Positions 54,361 to 64,000 of a DNA stretch of 64,000 bases are shown here, in pieces. The DNA is from Octopus vulgaris (lineage: Eukaryota), in assembly GCA_951406725.2 (NCBI GenBank), contig OX597818.1:33852001-33916000 (forward strand), written 5' to 3'. Each line of letters opens with the position of its first letter. The stretch's first letter is position 1. The notes below the pieces were generated by a model, which saw only the letters and a program-made list of their open reading frames with translations, did no database searches and was not told the origin of the DNA. Position numbers and translations under genes: made by a program.

Positions 54361-54560
54361 TTTTTCTGTTTCAGTCATTAGACTGCGGCCATCCTGGGGC
54401 ACCACCTCGAAGAATTTTTAGTTGAATTAATCAAACACAGTACTTATTTTTTTATAAGTCTGGTATTTATTTTATCGATCTATTTTGCCAAACCGATAAG
54501 TTATGTAGACGTAAATACACTAACACAGGTTGTCAGTCGGTGGTTGAGAACAAACACATA
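54361..54560 (-). mobile_element. SINE family A 3' half (its 5' part apparently resumes at ~55185-55260)
   Basis: Family A homology is split by PLE-style inserts within the internal microsatellite. Confidence 0.7.
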
Positions 54561-54702
54561 CAAAGACACACACATACATGCATATACACTTACATACATA
54601 TATATATATTTATATGTGTGTATGTGTGTGTGAGTGTGTGTGTGTGTGTATGTGTGTGTGTATGTGTGTATGTGTGTGTGTATCCTTATTTCTTTCTGTG
54701 TT

Positions 54703-54740
54703 CCTTTCTGTGGAAGAGCGTAGGCTCGAAACGTTAAAGG
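54703..54740 (+). ncRNA. Variant minimal hammerhead motif (A6>T)
   Basis: ccttt-CTGTGGA-a-gagc-gtag-gctc-GAAA-CG-T-T-aaagg. Stems I and II pair fully; the core deviates. Confidence 0.5.
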
Positions 54741-54853
54741 CATTTTCACTTCCCGAGCGTTATACTAATACATCTGTTTGTTGTCTACACCACCTGTCTC
54801 TGTCTTTTGTTTTTTTGCGAATTCTCTCTATATGTATATATATATATACACAT

Positions 54854-54886
<33 letters not shown>

Positions 54887-54887
54887 C

Positions 54888-54943
<56 letters not shown>

Positions 54944-54959
54944 CACATATATATATACG

Positions 54960-55085
54960 TAATCAGCCGAGATTGCTGCGATGATCCGGTTCTTGACTGG
55001 GGGCTGGGGGCTTCGGGTGTCCTGTCTGTGTTTGTTGTATCGTCTTCTGGGTGTTGTGCGTTCTTGTTCCAGTTTGTATTTTTCT
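54960..55085 (+). mobile_element. PLE-style repeat fragment, A-depleted
   Basis: Homologous to the reverse complement of 40415-40580; embedded in (TA)n. Confidence 0.55.
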
Positions 55086-55092
55086 ACTTATC

Positions 55093-55164
<72 letters not shown>

Positions 55165-55279
55165 TATACACATATATATATATAACAGGATTCTTTCATT
55201 TTCCGCCTACCAAATCCATTCACAAAGCCTTGGTCGACCCGAAGCTATAGTAGAAGGTATTGTTTCATTTACTTTATTA

Positions 55280-55770
55280 AGTCGCCGAACTGACAGAATC
55301 GTTAGCGGGTCGAACAAAGGCTAAGCGGTATTTCTTCCGATTTTATATCAAATTCCCCCGAGGTCAGCTTTATCTTTCGTCCTTTCTGGGTCGATGGATA
55401 AATACCAGTCGAGCGGTGAGTCGATGTAATCGTCTAGGCCCCCTCCCCCAGATTGCAGGCTTTGTACCTATAGTAGAAAGGGTATTAATAGTTCTGTTAT
55501 ATGTATTTAGGCTAATGTTGGCGAGCTGTGAAAACGCTGGAGCACCGGGAAAATATCTTTTTATTTCTTATTGTTTGTGTGTTTGTGTTTTTGCGGGATT
55601 CGTTCAGCCTGCTTACGTTTTAAGTTTAAATACCGTCGAATTCTCATTTACTATTTGTCCCTTCAGGGCAATAAAATGAAGTACCAGTCAGATATTGTGG
55701 TTGATTGTCACGACTACTCCCTGTCTCATAAAAAAAAAGAATTGCTGGTCTTGTGCCTAAATTAGAAGCC
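55280..55770 (+). mobile_element. Two degraded SINE family B copies
   Basis: agaatcgttagc...aaattcccccgaggtcagcttt and ggcgagctg...aataaaatgaagtaccag. Confidence 0.65.
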
Positions 55771-57521
55771 ATTTAATATTCTGAGGCTTCTATGGCTGCT
55801 CGTTTCTCATAATTTGGTCACTGTTCTTTATTGTCAATTTGTGTAGCCAGTTTCTGCCACCGCTTTTGTATGTTCCCTCTTGGTTTTGTTTTGGTTTGTT
55901 CTTTATTATCATTTTATTTTATCTCTGTCTATTGCTGCAGTTATGCCCATATAAACAACTGATTTTATGTCTGTGTGGTCGCGATTATTGACCGAAGCGA
56001 CCCATTTGTAAACACATTGACAACTCTTATCTTTATGACCAAATCTGAAAAAAGAAAGGGGTAAAAAATATATGGCAAAGAATGACACTGTACGTAGACA
56101 GTGCCATATCAAATATCTAACTGATACACACAGCGGTGTGATGCCAGTCGTGATTTATGATGAAGGGAGGTCTTAATTATAATGTGTCGATGCTTTCCTT
56201 GCTGTTGTTAACCGGCAATATTCATATTAGAACTCGTTAAGGCGGTGAGCTGGCAGAGTCGTTACCGCGCCGGGCAAAATGTTTAGCGGCATCTCGGCTT
56301 GCGATTTGGCAGAGGGGCTTAGTCGATTACATCAACGCCAGTGCTCGACCGGCACTTATTTCATCGGCCCCAAAAGAAACGTAACTCTGGTCAGATGTAA
56401 ACACTGCTTGGCGCTGATACCGACGAATTTCTTTTCCGATCTGGCGGTCTAATAGCGCAAATCAGTCAATGTTGTTGACTGTGTTTTAGTTAAAGCTACG
56501 GTTTTAAAATCTGTCCAGAGTTACCTCTCTTCGGTATTTCCCATTTGTAACAGCTAAAAAGATAAAAATTGCAACGTGTGGGATCTGAAATGAGGCAACA
56601 CTGGACAGATATAGTGTTTTTGAACCTTTTGAAGTCGAAGAGAATTTTGTTCTCCACGGTAACTGCAGTGAATTTGCCTTTAGAAGTTGAAATATGTCAC
56701 AAATATATTTTAAGAATGTGTAAAGACACCGATAGACAGACAGACATATAGATAGATAGACAAATAGATAGATATGCATGAATGTAATTGTCATCAGGCC
56801 TATAAATTCAGATCGATGCATACGCATTTATGATTGTCTATGCGTGTGTGTTACAGTTACTGTAGAGCGTGACGTTCCCAATTTTCTAAGATTATATAAG
56901 ATAAACCCTTCCAATCCATTGTCCTTAATACGGTAGGATTAAACATTTGGGACTGTTGGCTACTATTTCTAAACAGTCCCATTTATAAATACATCTGAGT
57001 ATCTGTATACATAATCATAAATGTGTTTGTGTGTATGTGGACATTAAGTGCGTGACTGTATCTCTGTACCTCTACGTGGCATATAAGTCGTCTCCTCTCC
57101 TTAAAATGTATTTAAGCTTCAATTGCCTTAATAAAACCCAATTTCTTTCTTAAGTATGCTGCTGTCAGAACAGCCCTATTTGTAAGGAAGTGCTAACGCT
57201 GTTTCCATTTCATAGTAAATTAATAATATGCATCTGAATAATTGCTAAATGATTATCACTCATCGCAATGAAGAGAACACTGGATGGCGCGCCGGCATGT
57301 TATTAGAAATCGTGTGAGACACAAATGTTCATACTCACTTTTAATGTTTGATCGCAAGTTGTTACCGTGGAAGCTGAAAATTGAGGTAAGGTTCGTTAAC
57401 TGTCTCCTAACTGTTTTCTTGAAGAAATTAATTGTACCGTCGAGAGAATAATTTGCACGTGACACACGTCTAAATGACTAAGAAAATAAAAACTGCTGAC
57501 ATATATATGTATGTATATATG

Positions 57522-57623
<102 letters not shown>

Positions 57624-57680
57624 TAGACAGGCAGATAGATAGATACATACATACATACATACATACATACATAATAGACT

Positions 57681-57776
<96 letters not shown>

Positions 57777-57875
57777 TCCGAGTTTGTATGATTATGTATA
57801 GAAGAATATATTAATCAATGAAATTCCAAATTAGTTTGATTTTCAAGTTTTATTATTTACAATTTTACAATATTG

Positions 57876-57921
57876 AAATAAACTAGTACTTTCATGCGTT
57901 GCGCAATCATCAGGTTTATTT
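57876..57921 (-). ncRNA. Minimal type I hammerhead ribozyme motif (best formed in the window)
   Basis: Minus strand: aaataaac-CTGATGA-t-tgcg-caa-cgca-t-GAAA-GTAC-TA-gtttattt. Perfect 8-bp stem I, intact core, palindromic GTAC loop III. Confidence 0.8.
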
Positions 57922-57959
57922 AGTGACAGTCGTGTTCTACATGGATAAATATATAAATT

Positions 57960-58155
57960 ACTTGTTTTACTCTTTGGACTGTGGGTATACTGGGGCACCA
58001 CCTTGAGGAATTTTAGGTAAGTGGATCGACCCCAGTACGTTTCTTTTTTAGCCTGATATTTATTTTCTCGGTCACTTAGGTCGAACCGGTAAGTTACATG
58101 GACGTACTCAGACCAACACTGGTTGTCAAGCGGTTGTGAGGGACAAAGATTCAGG
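57960..58155 (-). mobile_element. Degraded SINE family A 3' half
   Basis: ggggcaccaccttgagg...gatcgaccccagtac...ggttgtcaagcgg. Confidence 0.7.
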
Positions 58156-58299
58156 CACACACACACACACACCGCACACGCACATGCACACCATACACGC
58201 ACGCACACATACACACACACGTATACTGGGATTTAAAAAAGGAAACACCAGTTCCTTTCTGCCGATTGAACGAATACGCACATGCGAGCAATATAACCA

Positions 58300-59180
58300 G
58301 TCCGACCCTTCAGCGCTCACGATGTTGTTTAGTCGCTTTGACCTTTCTCTCAGGGTGCAGAGTCGCAGACCCTACGACTTCTGGTTAAATTTTACACCGG
58401 TCGTCGCGTCGTAGTTTTGCTCCTATCACTGCCCTTAAACTAGTATCGATCAACTCGATGTGCCTTGTATTCAACACTATCACAATGACGTCGCCACGTA
58501 TGCCTACACTGATGTTCCGCGACTATGCTCCCGCGAGATGGCCCTCAAAACACCCAATTTCTACAGTAGTGGCTCTTGAACCAGTAAGTACAGAAAGGGA
58601 GAGAGAAAGGAAGCACACTTGACGCAGGGAATGGATGATATTAAACTGTTCCGACAAGTGACTATTTACACTGACCGCAGAACAAATGTCATAGGAAATC
58701 AACCACTTTCAGAACAGCCGCCAAGTGTTGATAGTCAAAACTATCGAAAGCTCTCCATTGATCTAAATTGATCAGACCCCAACCTAAGTCAGATTCTTTC
58801 TTTCCCTTCTTAAGATGTATCGCATTAAGCGGAGATTGTAAACCGATCCTCTTTGTTTGGCGCATGCTTATGCCTCACTTAGCAGAGTATCGACAACAAA
58901 CACCAACCTCTTAGCTAACTCATCTCCAAAATCTTCAACTCTTTATTTAGCAGAATTCCGGATCTAGATTTGTTAAAACCATTCCCCTTGTTCTATTCCT
59001 GTCTTAGCAACACCAAAAATTCTCCATTCTACTGTCCTCATCTACCAAGAATCCCTTGAACAAGATTAGCACCATAAGAGAACGCTCATAGGGCAAACCA
59101 GCCAGTCCTGTCGACTTCTCCTTCGTATAGCTCACCATCGCTTCCCGTATTTCATCAGATGTTATCGGCCGACTTCACCT
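58300..59180 (-). mobile_element. Decayed Tx1/L1-like LINE RT domain
   Basis: Minus-strand remnants EIREAM...KSTGLAGLPYE, LALEPLL*KL, and AY(V)AT/GDVIVIV (YADD region). Confidence 0.65.
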
Positions 59181-61144
59181 AGTGAAATAAGGGTGCATAT
59201 TTAAAGTTTTGAAAAAATGTTAAAAGTTAAGGTATTTTGGGCAAAATCTAACAAACTTCTGAGAGCCGATATGATGTACGTCCAACACAAATTATAACCA
59301 CTTGGAGTGTGGTACTCGAGAAAATCTCCCTTGCACTTTACTGGCAGTTATTTGATAAGTACTATTTATGCATATTCTGTGTTCAAATCCTCGACTCCGA
59401 ATGCATAAGGACGGAATTAAACATTAACAGGAAATTTAACAGCTATTTTATCGTTTCTTCTACCGGGTATCAAGACCATATATAACATTCCACATTATTG
59501 TAATTATTTTATATCTAACAATACCAGTCATTCACGTTACCGAAGCAACTTTTGCGTATATGAAATTATTACATAATTTCCAGTTTGAAATTTGCACAAG
59601 TTTGAAAGTTTAAAAAATCCAGAAATAAATTCATTATTTGTGAAGGTTAACTAGAAATTTGTTATAATGTATTACAACAAATGAAGCGTTTTTTAGATTA
59701 GCTAATCAATCCAATCGTTTAATATCTTTCTGTCGTCAGCCGTGTTGTTCTCCGACGTAAGCACGTTACGACATGCAATTTTCATATCTGAAAATGAAAG
59801 TGACACAAAATGTGGTATTCTGAGAATTCGTCATCCAAAGCTTTTCAGCCGATGATTTTGTGAAGTTGATCTACTTTTCATCTAAATGACTTTGGGACAA
59901 TTTACATATCACTACCGCACGTCGCAAACATGTTACTTATAATATTTAATTGTTTCGAGAGGAAGATACAGCGAATTGTAAATTTTATTAAAAGTACATC
60001 CGGAGCTTGTCTTTTTCAATCATTGAACATCTGGTGCAACAAGAAGAATTTTTGTTTTTAACAAATAAGTGAATTACATCTACAATAACACTCTGATAAA
60101 TGATTTTCTCCATTAACAGTTGCGTTATCAAATGAGAATACAGATTAATCTACTTCAAATCTTTGAAACTTTCTTACAGTTGATATTGCTGCAGCACATA
60201 AGCTTTACTGAATGGATTTTCTTTTGTTTCGGTCAACTTTGTTTTGTTTTCTCTTTTGTCATTCTTTTCTTGTTTTCTACTTTGCTGTAAGTCTCATTAA
60301 CACTGCATACGTCTTAGTTTACCGATATTTATGCAACAAACTTTCTTCTCCATCTAATTTTCTTCCTCTTTTTCTCTCTCACTCTCCTTTCTTTCTATCT
60401 CTTCCCCCTCTTCCCCTCTCTCGACCCCCTCTCTTTCTGTAAGCAACGAAGAAGAGTTAGAGCACCGGAAAATAAAATGGCCGCTTCGTGTCTCGTTATA
60501 AAACTAATCTCGGTATTTCTCAGTGAAACGAAACGAATGCAATAACAGATGCTGTTCTAATGAATTCCCAACTTCCTCACGAATGGTTTCGTAAATTCCT
60601 ATAACAAACATCCATCACAGTTGAAATTCCAACATTTCATTGTTTTCTTGTTTCTATTAGAGGTGACAAATGATTCATTCCATCTTAACGATTCGCTTCT
60701 TCGAGCGCAGTTGAACTCCAATTTCGTTTAGCTGCCATGTTTGAAGCAAATCATATTTGCTGGCACCCATAATTGCAAAACGAATAACATAGCCATCTAT
60801 GCGTCTACTCTTTTTTCTTCATATTCTTACTATCAGTACCTTCACCAAACCTGTGTATCTGTCTTTCACAATATCTAACAATCTAAATATGTATCTATCT
60901 TTATACCAAAGATTTCGTAGCTGTATTCATATATGTGTGCACATGTATGTGTGTGTGTCAATATATGTGTGGCGCTGTGTTTGTGTATGTACGTATGTGT
61001 TTAGACATTATTCCACAATACGTAGTCAGAACTCATCTCTATATATATGTATGCGTGAGTGTGCTGTGTATACACATGCATATACATGCATAGATATGCA
61101 TACATACATACATACATACATACATACATACATACATACATGCA

Positions 61145-61194
<50 letters not shown>

Positions 61195-61326
61195 CTGATC
61201 ACGTGACCGGCTAAGCTATCAGATGTTACATATTGATGATCACAACAATGTGCTTTTGTATTATTTTAGCGTTCAAATAATGCCACCTCACTGGATAGGT
61301 GAACAGATCATATATATATATATATA

Positions 61327-61382
<56 letters not shown>

Positions 61383-61524
61383 TGTATGTATGTATATTGA
61401 TCATAGAGTATATCATGTCTCGGTAGCCAAAATTTTAAACAACATTTCGAATAAAAATAATTAATAATAGCATCCTTAGAATACCATTTTTTAAACCGTA
61501 TCTTATTTTCAAATGGCGAGCACA

Positions 61525-61700
61525 ATGCTTAGCGGTATTTCGTCCGTCTTTATGTTCGGAGTTGCAATTCCGCCGAAGTCGACTTTGCTTTTCATCCCTT
61601 TCGGAGTTAGCAAATTAAGTAACAGTTGAGAACTGGGGCCATTATAATTGACTTACCAGCTCCCCCAAAATTGTTTGTCTAGTTTCAAAATTTAAAATCA
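61525..61700 (+). mobile_element. Degraded SINE family B
   Basis: atgcttagcggtatttcgtcc...ccgccgaagtcgactttgcttttcatcc. Confidence 0.75.
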
Positions 61701-62384
61701 ATATAGTTTGCTGCTATATTGAAATGCTGCTCTTATAGTTAACTTTGAAACTCAATTGTTACAAAACACCCATCTCTAAGTTTTCTTTCCAGCTCTTGTT
61801 CTTAGCCGTCACCTTTTCTTTTTTGACGTATCTCCACGTTTAAACTCAGATTCACGTATTTGTCACATCCACCAGCCGGCCTAACTTACGTCGTCTTAAT
61901 ACTGACATTAGTAATTATAATTTTGAAACAGTCAATTAAAGAATGACTGGTTGATCTTGTATGGCAAGAATATTACGTTTCGGTTTACCAACCGTCATCA
62001 GATTTTTATATGGGTATGTGTACATGCTAGTAGACGTGTGTACGTATGTGTGTATATGTGTGTGTGCGTGTGTGTTTACCATCTTCAATTTAAGCACTAG
62101 TCCAACAATTTTCAGTGGTCGGGTAGTTGATACTATCATCTGCAGTACAGGACTAGTACGTTATGTATCATCTCTCGCGGGATGAAATGCAAAGTTTACC
62201 TTGGCGATATTTCACATTATAACATAAAAAATTGAAAGAAATACTGCAAAACACTTAATCCAACAGTTTGAAGATTCTGCTAATCCACCGTTGTATGAAA
62301 GATTAATCAGAGGTAATGAAGATAGTGTTCTTTGGTTTGTTTGTATATAGGTACAAACGGTCTTTAAATTTTCCCGAAGAAATG

Positions 62385-62509
62385 AAGTGTAGTAAGGAGA
62401 TTCCTTCCCAACCACATCGTTCCGGCTTCTCTCTCATAGTTTGGCACCTTAGACAAGCCGACTAAAACCTTCTGAGTGGATTTTCAAGACGGAAACCAGA
62501 AGAAGCCTG

Positions 62510-62555
<46 letters not shown>

Positions 62556-62760
62556 GGGTGGAAGTCACTGTGTCAGTGTTTGTCCCCACAACCGCTTGAT
62601 AACTGGTGTTAGTGTGCTTACGTCCCCGTAACTTAGGAGCCAATAGAATATTTACTAGCCTTAAAAATGAAATAAGTACTTGGGACGATTCGTTTGCCTA
62701 AATTTCTTCAAGGCAGTGCCCCAGAATGGCTGCAGTCTATTGACTACTACAAGTAAAGTA
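62385..62760 (+). mobile_element. Degraded SINE family A
   Basis: gagtggatttt...gacggaaacc...ttacgtccccgtaacttag...gcagtgccccagaatggctgcag. Confidence 0.75.
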
Positions 62761-64000
62761 TAAAAAATAAAAGCATTATGATATGTATGTGTGAATATCT
62801 GTGTGAGAGTATGCACGCGCGGTAGTTTGTGTGTGTCTGTGTGTGCGCCCGTGCGTGGGTGTACACATGATGGAGAACCAAGCAAAAGCCTTATCTTCCA
62901 ACACAAATGCATAGCAGTATTTAATGGAAGTTACCTCCCTTTACGCCACACATGGTAGATAAAATTAATACTGTAGTGAAAGTTTGAAAATACAAACAAT
63001 ATTTTAAATGTGATAAACATAAATTTCTTTTGTAGAAGATTTCTAACAAGTTCAATACCGAAGTATCAAACATATAAGCAGTGTCATCATAACTGACGTT
63101 TATTCCTTTGTCATTGTTCCTCTAGTGCCAAGATAATTCGTCACGCGTAGTTTCACACTTTTATACACTCGCTAATTCTCGGCCAATAATGTGTAAATCT
63201 GTCATAGACTCACACATGCCAACGAAAGAATGTGCAATATGCGCGCATGCATGCACCGTAAGCAACCTACGTCTGCTGACATATTTGTGCAAGTCGAGTT
63301 TATTAAAGCATACAACGCATTTCAAGTCGAATAGTCTGATACATTCATTAAACGCTCGTGTGATTAAGAGAACTTTAGCTAAGAGGCAAACAATTTTCTT
63401 GCGGAGTTTTCTGTAATAATCATGAATGTTATCAAATTTTTCCGAAATTTTCCGAATATTACAACTGGTTGAATCGATATTTTGCCTGACTACAGATCGA
63501 AAGGAGACAGGTTCGTGTTATGCCACCATTTTGTCTTTCTTTTTTTTTTTTTTTTACTATGGTTAAAATATTTGAACCTGAAATGAAACATTCCACAATT
63601 CATTAGAATAAATAGCTAAACAGAAGGTTTGTATATTTACAATAGAAATTTCGTTAGATATAGTATATGTAGATGGAGTTTTGCTGACAACGCTGTAAAT
63701 CACCACTTTCAAAAGTATCTCGTGTGTATATGCTTCAGCGTATTTCTTTCTTCTGAAGGAACCACGCTGAGCCGGTGGGCTTATACCAAAACAATGGTGG
63801 ACAAGGTCTGATCCAATTGAAATGGGATGCAGAGGTATTGCAGGCCAGTCAAGTCCCCCTGCATATCTTACAAACTACATGGTCTCATAGGGGCCGGTAT
63901 GTTGAAGTCCATCAGGTTGAGTGTGGAGGTAGTGGGGTTTGCATCAAAGTGTTTGTGCAAGCCTTGGAAAGGACATCACTACAAGGGGTCGAGCTAAGTG

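Noticed and set aside
57320-57395. Splice-donor-like sites (gag|gtaagg on +, gtgagtatg on -)
   Set aside because: No matching acceptor or open frame that I can support.

Overview
AT-rich, repeat-saturated eukaryotic DNA with no intact protein-coding gene that I can support. Nearly all ORFs in the supplied track are microsatellite read-through (YI, VC, HT, MYVC runs) or decayed transposon fragments. The SINE and microsatellite landscape resembles a coleoid cephalopod (Octopus-like) intron or intergenic region; this is inference from repeat style, not a database match. Contents: at least four SINE families (two high-copy); decayed Tc1/mariner elements and TA-flanked MITEs; a GG-ended MITE with an 8-bp TSD and internal TAACCC repeats; fragments of Tx1/L1-, R4/Dong-, CR1- and RTE-like LINEs; and many short fold-back elements of Penelope-like (PLE) style. 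Strongest signals: (1) several sequence-unrelated minimal type I hammerhead ribozyme motifs with palindromic loop III, including one in a TSD-bounded, tRNA-headed, inverted-pseudo-LTR element; (2) a repeat copy with a one-directional A-to-G cluster, a possible genomic fossil of ADAR hyper-editing; (3) two LINE families whose copies abut specific tetranucleotide microsatellites; (4) local templated copying and fold-back duplications. All alignments and folds were done by eye, and coordinates of degraded elements are approximate.
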